A stretch of DNA of 64,000 nt from Spirochaetia bacterium (lineage in GTDB: Bacteria > Spirochaetota > Spirochaetia > DSM-27196 > Salinispiraceae), in assembly GCA_038204425.1 (NCBI GenBank), contig JBBRCZ010000011.1:1-64000 (forward strand), written 5' to 3'. Position numbers and translations under genes: made by a program. The notes under the pieces are model-generated. The model did not search any database and was not told the DNA's origin. It worked only from the letters and a program-made list of their open reading frames with translations. Below, piece after piece: positions 29,592 to 39,631 of the stretch (position 1 is the first letter of the stretch; each line of letters begins with the position of its first letter).

Positions 29592-30017
29592 ATGAGTAAT
29601 CTATTTGGTAATCTCGGTCTCTTGTTGGGCATGGGCGAGGCAGGTGCCAGTTCTGACCCATTGCAACAGTTTATGCCTTTTATAATGTTTGGTCTGATCA
29701 TCGTAGTCTTCTACTTTATGATAATTAGGCCCCAAAGTAAAAAGCAAAAAGATACAAAAAAAATGCTTGATACGCTTAAAAAGGGCGACAAAATCCAAAC
29801 TATCGGCGGACTGCGCGGCATTGTGTGGGCGCTTAAGGATGATAGCGTAGTTATTAAGACTGACGAAACCGTAAAACTCGAGTTCGTTAGATCTGCTATC
29901 GCAACTGTACTTGAGCAAAAGCCTGCTGACGATAACACCGCAGCAATTGAAGACAAAAGCACCGAAGAAGCCAAGCCTGCTAAAGCACCACGCTCAAGCA
30001 AGCCAAAGGCTGACTAA
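29592..30017 (+). CDS. yajC: Preprotein translocase subunit YajC
   Basis: FYFMIIRPQSKKQK, LKKGDKIQTIGGLRG; upstream of secD. Confidence 0.95.
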   Translation: MSNLFGNLGLLLGMGEAGASSDPLQQFMPFIMFGLIIVVFYFMIIRPQSKKQKDTKKMLDTLKKGDKIQTIGGLRGIVWALKDDSVVIKTDETVKLEFVRSAIATVLEQKPADDNTAAIEDKSTEEAKPAKAPRSSKPKAD

Positions 30018-30121
30018 GAAACCAAAACTAGCAAGGCCTTGAGCCGGTGGGGTTATTGGATCCTGCCCATGTTGAATATAGCATGTTGCATATATAAAGT
30101 TGTTTGACTGGAGTTTCAGGC

Positions 30122-31927
30122 ATGACAAAGAAAGCCCGTTTTCTTATTTTGCTAGTTGTTTTGGGTATTGGAGCGACGCTCATCTACCCAACTATCAACT
30201 GGTATTTTCTTCTTGACAAAGAGTCCAAAGACTTGGCCGCGTTGCCGCGTGAACGCATTAGGCAGCATGCTCAAGAGAATGCTGCTGACTTAGTCAGTAA
30301 GCTACTTGATCTTTCGACAAGCACCCCTGAGGCGGAGATACCGGCTGACTACCTCTTTGTAGTCGACATTGCCCGAGCCGAAAACGCCAAGTTGCGACGT
30401 GAGCAACCAGCCAACTTTAGAGTTAGCAACTTGCTTGACCCTTTCTTAACTTTTGATAAAGACGCCAAGGTCATAAAGAATGACCAAGGAAAACCGGTCA
30501 TCAAAACCGCTTTGTTGACCGCTTTAGAAAAAAAATATCGCGAAGATATCTTGGCCTTTAAAAAAATGAAGAACAATATCATTCAGCTTGGTCTTGACCT
30601 ATCTGGTGGTATGTCTGTTGTTTTGGAAGCCAACGCTGACCGCATTGAAGAGCGCCGCGGCGAAAAGCTCAACGACGTTCAATATAATGAAGCACTCGAC
30701 TTGGCGGTTGAAGTACTCAAAGGTCGCATTGACACCTTTGGCATTACCGAGCCTTCGGTTCGTAAAGACGAAGCAGCCAAGCGAATATTTATTGATATCC
30801 CTGGTGACAGTGACCGCGAGCGTGTAAACGCCTTTTTGTTGGGCGGTGGAAGTCTTGCACTGCAAATTGTAGATGACACGGCGACCCAAAGCCTAATTAC
30901 CCACCAAAACAGTTTTAAAGACAGGACCAATCTTCCTTGGACGCCAGAGAGAGAAGACCCAACCATACTTGCAACTTTGCAAAGCGCTGGCGGAGCAATT
31001 ATTCCCTATGTAAAGCGTGACACTTACGGCATCGACTACACTGTGCACTATATTATTGTCAAAACTGCGAGTGAGTTTGTGGTTGACGGTAGTTTTATCA
31101 CCGAGGCACAGGTTGTTCGTGATCAATTGACTGGTGTGCCCAATGTCAACTTTGTAATGACCAGCGATGGTGGTGAAAAATTTAGGGTTCTAACTAAAGA
31201 CAATATCAACAGTAGTATGGCGATAGTGTTGGATGGCAAAGTTCGCGCTAGTGCCAACATCACCAGTGAAATTGGTGGCGGTTCGGTAAGAATCACCGGA
31301 TTTAACGCAGAAGATGCCAATAGTATCAGCAAGGTGCTCAAGACTGGTGCACTACCAATTGACCTACGCATTGAATCGATCCAGTCAGTTGGTGCATCAC
31401 TCGGCGAAGACGCCATCAAAGCCGGATCAAATGCTATACTTTATGGTTTGGTTGCCGTCTTGGTCTTTATGTTGATTTATTATCTTGGCGCCGGGCTTAT
31501 TGCAAACATTGCCCTAGTCCTCAACGCTTTCATAATGATAGCAACCTTGTCCGCGCTCAACCTTACCATGACGCTAACAAGTATTGCGGGTTTTGTATTG
31601 ACTATTGGTATGGCTGTAGATGCCAACGTGATCATCTTTGAACGAATTAAAGAAGAACTTAGGCTAGGCAAGGGGCGCGCAGCATCAATCGCTGCTGGTT
31701 ATCAGAAGGCCTTTTGGTCAATTGCTGACTCCAACATTACTACAATAATCGCCTCGGTACTCTTGGCCTTCCTCGGCACAGGACCTATTCGTGGTTTTGC
31801 CGTGACCCTTACCGTCGGTGTCTTAACATCGATGTTTACTTCTCTGTTTGTAACCCATTTGTTCCAAGATTTTGGCACGGAGCAACTTAAACGAACCAAG
31901 ATGAGTATAGCTTGGAGGCTCAAATAA
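30122..31927 (+). CDS. secD: Protein translocase subunit SecD
   Basis: LGLDLSGG, RIDTFGITEP, GALP, VGASLG, IGMAVDANVIIFERIKEE, DSNITT. Confidence 0.96.
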   Translation: MTKKARFLILLVVLGIGATLIYPTINWYFLLDKESKDLAALPRERIRQHAQENAADLVSKLLDLSTSTPEAEIPADYLFVVDIARAENAKLRREQPANFRVSNLLDPFLTFDKDAKVIKNDQGKPVIKTALLTALEKKYREDILAFKKMKNNIIQLGLDLSGGMSVVLEANADRIEERRGEKLNDVQYNEALDLAVEVLKGRIDTFGITEPSVRKDEAAKRIFIDIPGDSDRERVNAFLLGGGSLALQIVDDTATQSLITHQNSFKDRTNLPWTPEREDPTILATLQSAGGAIIPYVKRDTYGIDYTVHYIIVKTASEFVVDGSFITEAQVVRDQLTGVPNVNFVMTSDGGEKFRVLTKDNINSSMAIVLDGKVRASANITSEIGGGSVRITGFNAEDANSISKVLKTGALPIDLRIESIQSVGASLGEDAIKAGSNAILYGLVAVLVFMLIYYLGAGLIANIALVLNAFIMIATLSALNLTMTLTSIAGFVLTIGMAVDANVIIFERIKEELRLGKGRAASIAAGYQKAFWSIADSNITTIIASVLLAFLGTGPIRGFAVTLTVGVLTSMFTSLFVTHLFQDFGTEQLKRTKMSIAWRLK

Positions 31928-33267
31928 TGCGCATCATTCATTTTACCAAGGCGCGCATAGTCGCATACACTGTGTCGCTTACCGCTATCGCTGCTATGTT
32001 TGTGGTTACCTTTGCCGTTTACGGTGGGTTTAACCTCGGCATCGACTTTAGAGCGGGGCTCAGCGTTCAAGTTGAAGCCGGTTATGCTGAAGTCAGTGTC
32101 GAAGAACTGCAAGCAAAACTATCAAGCTTGGGGCAGGTACAAGTTTCCAAACCTGACGACACAGCCCAAGGTGAGTTGCTAGTATTTGTTCCTGCAGCTG
32201 GCGCGCCCCAAGTGGATCCTGAGGCTAACGCGGATAACGTCCGCTCAGTTCTCAATGCTGCTTATAGTGACAGCACCGTAAGAGTTGGAGCGAGTGATGG
32301 ACTGATCGGTCTAGAAACTGACAACGGAGTTAGAGTTTCGGCTCGTAAACTGGTTAAAACTTCTACAATCGAAGAAGTAAGAGCTGCATTGTCCAGTTTA
32401 GAAGGAGTGCAGGTTCAGGCAACTGGTGATGCAACAAGCCAACAATTTATTATCCGTGTCCGAGATCCTGGCACCACAGAGAATTTCATTGACGTTACCG
32501 AGGCTGCAATTAGAACAAAGCTGATGGCTGTCTATGGACTAGGCAATGTTCGCGTTGGTGACAGCCAAGGCTTGGCGACCAACAGCGTCGGCGCACGTTT
32601 TTCCCAGACTCTTGCGACCTCGGCGATCTGGCTTGTCAGCTTGGCGATGATCTTTATCATGATATACATTTGGATACGCTTTAAGCTCGGATTTGCTATT
32701 GCTGCTATGGTAGCAACGTTGCACGACGGCTTGTTTATGGCGGCTTTTATCGGTGTCACTCAGATGGAGTTTACTTCGGCCACTATCGCCGCTGTGCTCA
32801 CCATCATCGGCTACTCGCTTAATGATACGATAGTTGTCTTTGACCGCATACGTGAAAACGAAAAGCTGATGGCTGACAAAAAACTGTCGTTTATTTACGA
32901 CAGTTCTTTGAGTACTACCATGAGCAGAACCGTTGTAACTAGCTTTACAACCTTGGTTGCCGTAATATCAATAGCCGTCTTTACGCAAGGTGAAGTTAAA
33001 GATTTTGCCATCGCCTTGGTAGTTGGTATCTTGGTGGGTACCTATTCATCCATCTTTATTGCTTCTGGCATATTGTTAGACTGGCGCAATAGATCTATCA
33101 AGCGTCGTCGCCTTAAGGAATCCAAGATAAGCGGCAAGCCACTTGACCAAATACAAAGTGCCGAGTTAGAAATGTCGCCTAATTCCGCCACAGCAAGCAG
33201 CGAAGTAGACGCTGATGCGCTGGCTGACGACATCCGACGTCAAAGAAAAGAACGTAAAAAGTTCTAA
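31927..33267 (+). CDS. secF: Protein translocase subunit SecF with enlarged periplasmic domain
   Basis: NLGIDFRAG, HDG, IGYSLNDTIVVFDRIRE, SRTVVTSFTT, GTYSSIFIA; TAATG overlap with secD. Confidence 0.95.
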   Translation: MRIIHFTKARIVAYTVSLTAIAAMFVVTFAVYGGFNLGIDFRAGLSVQVEAGYAEVSVEELQAKLSSLGQVQVSKPDDTAQGELLVFVPAAGAPQVDPEANADNVRSVLNAAYSDSTVRVGASDGLIGLETDNGVRVSARKLVKTSTIEEVRAALSSLEGVQVQATGDATSQQFIIRVRDPGTTENFIDVTEAAIRTKLMAVYGLGNVRVGDSQGLATNSVGARFSQTLATSAIWLVSLAMIFIMIYIWIRFKLGFAIAAMVATLHDGLFMAAFIGVTQMEFTSATIAAVLTIIGYSLNDTIVVFDRIRENEKLMADKKLSFIYDSSLSTTMSRTVVTSFTTLVAVISIAVFTQGEVKDFAIALVVGILVGTYSSIFIASGILLDWRNRSIKRRRLKESKISGKPLDQIQSAELEMSPNSATASSEVDADALADDIRRQRKERKKF

Positions 33268-33286
33268 AACGGCTTTGGTCTAATAG

Positions 33287-33316
33287 AGGGCTGCTTCTCA
33301 TAAGGCAGCCCTTTTG
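33287..33316 (+). terminator. Intrinsic terminator after secF
   Basis: AGGGCTGC...GCAGCCCT followed by TTTGTTATTTT. Confidence 0.8.
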
Positions 33317-33329
33317 TTATTTTAAAGCT

Positions 33330-34148
33330 ATGATACTTTTGCCTCAACTCGCGTCAAAATTCTACCCTCCAGATTCAGCGCTTATAGACGCCTGTCCACT
33401 TGTGCTAATCCACGGCCTGTTTGGATCCGGCGACAACTGGGCTCCGGTTGCCCGTTTACTGGCGCGGACTAGACCGGTGCTAACGCTTGACTTGCCAGCT
33501 CACGATGGTTCTAAGAACTTCCCTTCGGCACTAGATTATCCAAGTTTGTCGGAGGTCGTCATCAGGCACTTGCAAGCCAGCGTTGAGCTTAGTTCTTTTG
33601 AAAAGATTGATGTGCTGGGTCACTCCATGGGCGGCAAAGTGGCCATGACCATGGCCCTGTTGCGCTACAAAAAGCTTAGACGACTTATAGTGGCAGATAT
33701 CGCTCCCAAGACTTACGAGCCGCACCATCAACACATTTTTGCCGCGCTCGAAGCCGTGCATCCCGAGAAATTACAAAATCGCTCTCAGGCCGATGCAATT
33801 TTTGCGCGCTACGTTGACAACAGTGCCGAGCGGGCCTTCCTTGGTTGGAACTTACGAAGTTCTGACCAAGGTGGCTATCAGTGGCGCTTTGATCTCGAGC
33901 GTATAGAGGCAGCTTACCATGATATTCTTGGTTTTCCTATTATTGAAGCTTCACTGTTGCCAAGCGACCTCGCTACACTATTCATTAAGGGTTCGCTTAG
34001 CTCGTATTTGGCAGACCCCGAGGACCGGCCTTTGTTGGCTAAATTCTTCACAAACTTTAGCATTACTTGCTTGGAGCAGGCCGGTCATTGGGTACATGTT
34101 GACAAAAGGGCAGAATTTGCCCTACTTGTCGAGCAGTTTTTGGTATAG
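33330..34148 (+). CDS. Alpha/beta hydrolase (YbfF-like esterase)
   Basis: HGLFGS.DNW, GHSMGGKVAM, DIAP, AGHWVH. Confidence 0.9.
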   Translation: MILLPQLASKFYPPDSALIDACPLVLIHGLFGSGDNWAPVARLLARTRPVLTLDLPAHDGSKNFPSALDYPSLSEVVIRHLQASVELSSFEKIDVLGHSMGGKVAMTMALLRYKKLRRLIVADIAPKTYEPHHQHIFAALEAVHPEKLQNRSQADAIFARYVDNSAERAFLGWNLRSSDQGGYQWRFDLERIEAAYHDILGFPIIEASLLPSDLATLFIKGSLSSYLADPEDRPLLAKFFTNFSITCLEQAGHWVHVDKRAEFALLVEQFLV

Positions 34149-34157
34149 ACTTGCTGT

Positions 34158-36320
34158 ATGAGTTTGCAGTCAATCGGTCGTTTTAGGATTTCAGCAGGTA
34201 GCGCCTTACCATATGGAGCGACCTTCACACCTTACGGTGTCAACTTTTCACTTTTTTCCCGCAATGCCAGCGCGGTAACCCTTTGTATTTTTTCTGATCC
34301 GCAGGATGCCGAAGCAGAAGTACGCATTAGTCTTGATCCTATGCTCAACAAAACTGGTGATATTTGGCATGTACTTATTAACAATGCGCTGCCAGGTATG
34401 CTTTATCTCTATAGCGTTGATGGCCCGTTTGCACCCAAGCGAGGTTTTCGATTCAACAAATACAAGCATTTGATTGACCCGTATGCAAAAGCCTTGACCG
34501 GTGGTTTTCGCTGGGACTTTTCGGGTACTGTCGCTTACGATCCAGATTCGCCGGAAAAGGATCTTTCTTTTTCTGAAACGCAAGACTTGTCAGTGCTACC
34601 AAAGTGTATTGTAGTTGACGATAACGATTTTGACTGGCAGGGCGACAAGCCGCTCAATTACCAACTAAAGCATTCAGTGATCTACGAAACCCACGTTAAG
34701 GGTTTGACCGCCCACGCAAGTTCTAAAGTAGAACATCCAGGCACCTATCGTGGCGTAATAGAGATGATCCCCTATTTAAAGAGTCTGGGTATCACCTCGC
34801 TTGAGTTTTTGCCCACTCAAGAATTTGATGAATTTGAGTACCAAGACAGAACCAATCCGATGACCGGTGAACCACTCAAAAACTATTGGGGTTACAGCAC
34901 GATTGCTTTCTTTGCTCCCAAGGCTAGCTATGCAGCCGACGGCGCCAACGGGCAGCAGGTCAATGAGTTTAAGGAGATGGTTCGCGAGTTACACAAAGCA
35001 GGCCTTGAGGTGATTATGGACGTGGTCTTTAATCATACTGGTGAAGGCAATGAAATGGGTTACACTTACAGTTTTAAAGGCATAGACAACAAGATCTTCT
35101 ATATGCTGGAGCCAGACAATCAACGTTACTATCGCAACTACTCTGGCTGCGGTAACACGGTCAACTGCAACCATCCTGTAGTTAGAGGCTTTATAGTTGA
35201 CTGTTTGCGCTATTGGGTCCTTGAGATGCATGTTGACGGATTTAGGTTTGACCTTGGTAGCATCCTTGGGCGCGACGAAAACGGCAATATTATGCATAAT
35301 CCGCCAACCTTGAGTCGGATTGCCGAAGATCCAATCCTGCGCAACACCAAGATTATCGCCGAGGCATGGGATGCTGGAGGCGCCTATCAAGTGGGTAGCT
35401 TCCCCGGCGGGCGTTGGGCAGAATGGAATGACCGCTTTAGAGATGATATGCGACGCTTTTGGAAAGGAGATCATGGTTTGGTTGCAGCTTTTGCAACCAG
35501 GTTTGCAGGAAGTTCGGACCTCTATGGCGATGACGGTCGCAAGCCCGAGCACAGCATCAACTACATAACAGCGCATGACGGTTTTACGCTTAACGACATG
35601 CTCAGCTACAATGAAAAGCACAATTTTTTAAACGGGGAGAATAACAACGACGGAAACAGCCACAACCTAAGTTGGAATTATGGTATGGAAGGTGAAAGTC
35701 GCGACGAAGAAGTGCTTTGTGTCAGAAATCGCCAAACCAAGAACTTTTTGGCTACGCTAATGCTGTCTATGGGAACTCCTATGATGCTTGGTGGCGACGA
35801 GTTTAGAAGGTCGCAGTTTGGCAACAATAACGCTTATTGTCAGGACAATGCTATTTCCTGGTACGATTATACAATAACCAAAAAGCATTCTGATATCGTT
35901 AGGTTTACGAGCATCCTGATCGCCTTTAGATCTAAGCATCCAGTTTTTAGACGTCCGGAGTTTTTTACTGGCCGCGACAATACAAATAACAACATACCCG
36001 ACGTAGACTGGTTTGATGAGCATGGCCATGCGCTTGATTGGCAGAGAGAAGAAGGCATAATGGCACTTAGGCTTGACGGAAACAAACACGAAATCGGCCA
36101 TAACATTGACGACAACGACGTCTACATCATGGTCAATGCTAGTTCATTCGATCAATTTTTTGTGGTTTGTCTGCCCCGCAAAGGCAGTCAATGGCACAGG
36201 GTAATTGATACTTCATTAGAAAGTCCAGAAGATATTGTTGAAAACTGGCAGGATAATGTTTGGGACCATAAAGCACGCTATTTGGTAGAAAGCCGCTCGA
36301 TGGTAGTTCTGCTTTCTTAG
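34158..36320 (+). CDS. glgX: Glycogen debranching enzyme (isoamylase, GH13)
   Basis: GVNFSLFS, IYETHVKG, NYWGYST, DVVFNHT, NYSGCGN, DGFRFDL, IAEAWD, AHDGFTLND, GNNNAYCQDN. Confidence 0.96.
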   Translation: MSLQSIGRFRISAGSALPYGATFTPYGVNFSLFSRNASAVTLCIFSDPQDAEAEVRISLDPMLNKTGDIWHVLINNALPGMLYLYSVDGPFAPKRGFRFNKYKHLIDPYAKALTGGFRWDFSGTVAYDPDSPEKDLSFSETQDLSVLPKCIVVDDNDFDWQGDKPLNYQLKHSVIYETHVKGLTAHASSKVEHPGTYRGVIEMIPYLKSLGITSLEFLPTQEFDEFEYQDRTNPMTGEPLKNYWGYSTIAFFAPKASYAADGANGQQVNEFKEMVRELHKAGLEVIMDVVFNHTGEGNEMGYTYSFKGIDNKIFYMLEPDNQRYYRNYSGCGNTVNCNHPVVRGFIVDCLRYWVLEMHVDGFRFDLGSILGRDENGNIMHNPPTLSRIAEDPILRNTKIIAEAWDAGGAYQVGSFPGGRWAEWNDRFRDDMRRFWKGDHGLVAAFATRFAGSSDLYGDDGRKPEHSINYITAHDGFTLNDMLSYNEKHNFLNGENNNDGNSHNLSWNYGMEGESRDEEVLCVRNRQTKNFLATLMLSMGTPMMLGGDEFRRSQFGNNNAYCQDNAISWYDYTITKKHSDIVRFTSILIAFRSKHPVFRRPEFFTGRDNTNNNIPDVDWFDEHGHALDWQREEGIMALRLDGNKHEIGHNIDDNDVYIMVNASSFDQFFVVCLPRKGSQWHRVIDTSLESPEDIVENWQDNVWDHKARYLVESRSMVVLLS

Positions 36321-36390
36321 GCAAGACCCGGCCAGAGAATCTATGGACAGCTTCTTGCATCTTTACGATCTAGCGTCTACGTGCTAAACT

Positions 36391-36591
36391 TTGCCAGTTT
36401 ACAAAGCAAGTTGGTATATTCTATAGAGGGAGGATCAAAAGACAACTATGCCAGATGGCAGTTTATGCGAACAACGCATTTTTACTTACCCTCCCTTGTT
36501 ACTTACTTAAGCCCAGTGGCCAACAGGTCTCAACTGCTTATGATAGCGTACCTGTAGAGGGGAGGATCAACCTTTACTACAGGAGCCCTTG
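36391..36591 (+). promoter_or_regulatory. Putative promoter and structured 5' leader of corA
   Basis: TTGCCA(36391)-18-TATATT(36415) with extended TG; duplicated TAGAGGG(G)AGGATCAA; CCTGTAG/CTACAGG hairpin covering the AGGAG RBS. Confidence 0.55.
36448..36510 (+). CDS. Putative 20-aa leader peptide MPDGSLCEQRIFTYPPLLLT
   Basis: ATG 36448 to TAA 36510; GGAGG 14 nt upstream (long spacing); translation unproven. Confidence 0.4.
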   Translation: MPDGSLCEQRIFTYPPLLLT

Positions 36592-37521
36592 ATGATTACA
36601 CTACTCAAAGATAATGGCCGGGGCTTTTACCCGGTAGAAGACTTACAAGATGGCGTCTGGGTTCGAGTGATCGATCCGGGTTCTGATGAACAAGAGGACC
36701 TTAAAGAACGGTTTCAGCTTGATGACGACGTTTTGTCTGACATGCTTGATGCCGATGAGCAATCGCGCATAGAAAAAGAAGACGATGGTCTGACGTGCAT
36801 CATTCGCTTACCCATATTTGCCCCTGATCGAGAGGTTCCCTACTTCACGGTGCCATTTGGTATCATTGTGCGTACTGGCGTGGTGATAACCGTAAGCCTT
36901 TTTGACAATCCCATCGCCCAGGACATGCTGCATAGACGCATCCGGGGAATAGATCTCTTTAAGCCACATAACTTGATTCTCAATACAATCTTGCGTTCTG
37001 CTTTGTATTACATGCGCTACCTCAAGGACATAAATCGTCGAACCACCACCATAGAACGTGACCTGCACGGCTCGGTCAAGAACGCAGATTTGACTCAACT
37101 GTTACATTTCCAAAAATCATTTGTCTTCTTCAATACCAGCTTGAGGTCCAATGAGCTTTTGTTAGAAAAGATCAATAAACTTTCGGCCTGGCAACTTAAT
37201 GAGGACGAACAGGAAACACTTGAAGATGCCAGAATAGAACTCAAACAAGCTATTGAAATGGCTAAGATTTATTCCAATATTCTTTCTGGCATGGTTGATA
37301 CCTTTTCTTCGGTGGTGGCTAACAATCTCAACCAGGTGATGAAGCGTCTAACGCTGGTTAACCTGACGCTGATGATTCCCACTCTCTTGGCCAGCCTCTA
37401 CGGCATGAACGTTACCTTGCCTTTTCAGGAACAAAGCTGGGCATTCTGGGGGATTTTGGCCGTGGCCGTCACGATATCGATCAGTGCCTGGGTTATCTTT
37501 AGGGTCAAAAAACTGTTCTAA
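36592..37521 (+). CDS. corA: CorA-family Mg2+ transporter
   Basis: WVRVIDP, LDADEQSRIE, NNLNQVMKRLT, PTLLASLYGMNV (GMN motif), two C-terminal TM helices. Confidence 0.92.
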   Translation: MITLLKDNGRGFYPVEDLQDGVWVRVIDPGSDEQEDLKERFQLDDDVLSDMLDADEQSRIEKEDDGLTCIIRLPIFAPDREVPYFTVPFGIIVRTGVVITVSLFDNPIAQDMLHRRIRGIDLFKPHNLILNTILRSALYYMRYLKDINRRTTTIERDLHGSVKNADLTQLLHFQKSFVFFNTSLRSNELLLEKINKLSAWQLNEDEQETLEDARIELKQAIEMAKIYSNILSGMVDTFSSVVANNLNQVMKRLTLVNLTLMIPTLLASLYGMNVTLPFQEQSWAFWGILAVAVTISISAWVIFRVKKLF

Positions 37522-37562
37522 ATCTGCGCACTAAGACAGTCTGTGAACTATAATGGAGCAAG

Positions 37563-38852
37563 ATGATGAAGTCCAAAGCTGAAAATCTCGTGTTTCCCAA
37601 AGAATTTTTATGCGGTCTTGCTAGCTCAGCCACACAGATAGAAGGTGGCTGCCAAGGCCATGTTTGGTACCGTTGGAGCCAAGAAAATCACATCAAAGAC
37701 CACTCAAGCAGCCTGCGGGCTGGCCAACACTGGCAACGCGTTGACCAAGATTTGCAGCTTTTGAGTCAGCTTGGAGTACAGACCTATAGGATGGGCCTAG
37801 AATGGGCGCGGATCCAGCCAAGTGCCTCGAGCTTTGATGAACAAGCTCTGGTTGTATACCGAACTGAGATCTTAAAACTGAAGGCCTTGGGTATCAAACC
37901 CCTGCTTACCTTGTTTCATTTTAACAATCCATTGTGGTTTGAAGACTCAGGCGGTTGGATGAGAGCAGACGCCGCTACGGTGTGGTTGGGTTTTGTTGAC
38001 TTTGTAGTAGAAGGGCTTGGTGATCTAGTGAGCGACTGGATTACCATAAACGAGCCCAATGTCTATCTGTATAAGAGCTTTCTTGACGGAGAGTGGCCAC
38101 CCGGCGAGCGTTCATTGCTCAAGTACTTACGCGGCGGCCGTCAAATCATCAAAGCACACCGTCTGGCCTACAACTTGATTCATCGCAAAAGAAAAGAAAA
38201 ACTGTGGGACCGAGACCAAGCTACCTTAGTTGGCGTAGCTCACCACCTGCGTATTTTTGATCCGTTACACAAATGGAATCTTGTGCTTAGAGTGCTAAGT
38301 GCAGCCGTCCGTTATTTGATCCAAGATTGGTTTTTGTATGCTATGACGGGGCCCAAGACTAAGGCTGCACCTCGCAAGTGGGCCGACTTCATTGGCATAA
38401 ACTATTACACCCGCGACATGATGAGCATGAGTTTTAATGCCTCAAGCCTTTTTACGCGACAAACGGTTAAAAAAGCAGCCTTGGTCAATGACCTAGGGTG
38501 GGAGATCTATCCAGAAGGTCTTTATCGCCTAGTTAAGAAACAATGGAAGGCTTTTGGCTTGCCAATTTGGATAACTGAAAACGGCGTTTGCGACCGAAGT
38601 GACGCTTTGCGCACTAGCTTTATAGCCGACCATCTGGCCTACCTTTTGGCGGCAATTGAGACGGGTGTCAAAGTGGAACGTTACTACCATTGGACCCTAT
38701 ATGATAATTTTGAATGGACAGAAGGTGAGGCCGCGCCGTTTGGCCTCTTTGCGCTAGATTTTGAAACCCAAGAGCGCACAATGAGACCATCCGGGCAACT
38801 CTATGCACAATGGGCACGCAGCAAGATTTGGAAAGGCGTCGGCCAACAATGA
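37563..38852 (+). CDS. Glycoside hydrolase family 1 (beta-glucosidase)
   Basis: SSATQIEG, YRMGLEWARIQP, TINEP (acid/base), INYY, ITENG (nucleophile), DNFEW. Confidence 0.93.
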   Translation: MMKSKAENLVFPKEFLCGLASSATQIEGGCQGHVWYRWSQENHIKDHSSSLRAGQHWQRVDQDLQLLSQLGVQTYRMGLEWARIQPSASSFDEQALVVYRTEILKLKALGIKPLLTLFHFNNPLWFEDSGGWMRADAATVWLGFVDFVVEGLGDLVSDWITINEPNVYLYKSFLDGEWPPGERSLLKYLRGGRQIIKAHRLAYNLIHRKRKEKLWDRDQATLVGVAHHLRIFDPLHKWNLVLRVLSAAVRYLIQDWFLYAMTGPKTKAAPRKWADFIGINYYTRDMMSMSFNASSLFTRQTVKKAALVNDLGWEIYPEGLYRLVKKQWKAFGLPIWITENGVCDRSDALRTSFIADHLAYLLAAIETGVKVERYYHWTLYDNFEWTEGEAAPFGLFALDFETQERTMRPSGQLYAQWARSKIWKGVGQQ

Positions 38853-39592
38853 AAGTGGCAGCCATCAAAATCTTGGTTGTTGAGGACGAATTTATCATCG
38901 CCAGCAACATTCAACGGATGCTCGAACGAATGAAGTATTATGTTACCGATATTTGCTCCCGTTCTAACGATGTTTTGCCATCGGTGCAGAACGAACGCCC
39001 CGACGTGGTTCTGATGGATATTAGAATTGATGGTGACGAGGACGGTGTAAGCCTAGCCGAAAAGCTGCGCGACTTGTACAATCTGCCAGTAGTCTATCTG
39101 TCTGGCCTGATGGATGATCAAACGCTCGAGCGAGCTAAGATTACTCAACCCTTTGGTTACATCGCCAAGCCGTTTTCGCAACGTGAGTTGGAAGTAACCC
39201 TAGAGATTGCACTCTACAAGGCCGAGATGGAACGCAAGCTCAGTGAACAAGAAATCCATATCCAAGCCATCGTGGATGGTTTTCCGCAAGGATTCTGTCT
39301 GGTTGATCAAATGGGCCGCTTCCGCTACGTTAATCGCCATTTAACCACGCTAATTGGCAGGCCAGTTGGAGAGCTGCAGGGTTTAGTAGCGGGGACAATC
39401 ATAGAACTACCAAACGAAAGTCAAAACACTCTATATGCCGCTTGGCGACAGGGTGAAGCTTTTGAAACAAGGCTCAAGTGTGCGCAAGACTGGAAGACGG
39501 TAGTGGTTAGTGCTCGCCACCTTGACGACAGTGATGGGTCGCGGGGTAGTTTTTTGAGTGTCACAGACCCCTCACACATCGTGAGAGCATAA
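38849..39592 (+). CDS. Response regulator REC-PAS with no output domain
   Basis: ATGA overlap with GH1; ILVVEDE, DVVLMDI, PFGYIAKPF; PAS-like CLVDQMGRFRYVN. Confidence 0.85.
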   Translation: MKVAAIKILVVEDEFIIASNIQRMLERMKYYVTDICSRSNDVLPSVQNERPDVVLMDIRIDGDEDGVSLAEKLRDLYNLPVVYLSGLMDDQTLERAKITQPFGYIAKPFSQRELEVTLEIALYKAEMERKLSEQEIHIQAIVDGFPQGFCLVDQMGRFRYVNRHLTTLIGRPVGELQGLVAGTIIELPNESQNTLYAAWRQGEAFETRLKCAQDWKTVVVSARHLDDSDGSRGSFLSVTDPSHIVRA

Positions 39593-39631
39593 AATTTTGC
39601 ACAAAAAATATCTGACTTGGGAGTTGTTTGC

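Noticed and set aside
36421..36591. M-box (ykoK) or NiCo riboswitch
   Set aside because: I could not find their conserved cores; reported instead as a leader-peptide candidate.
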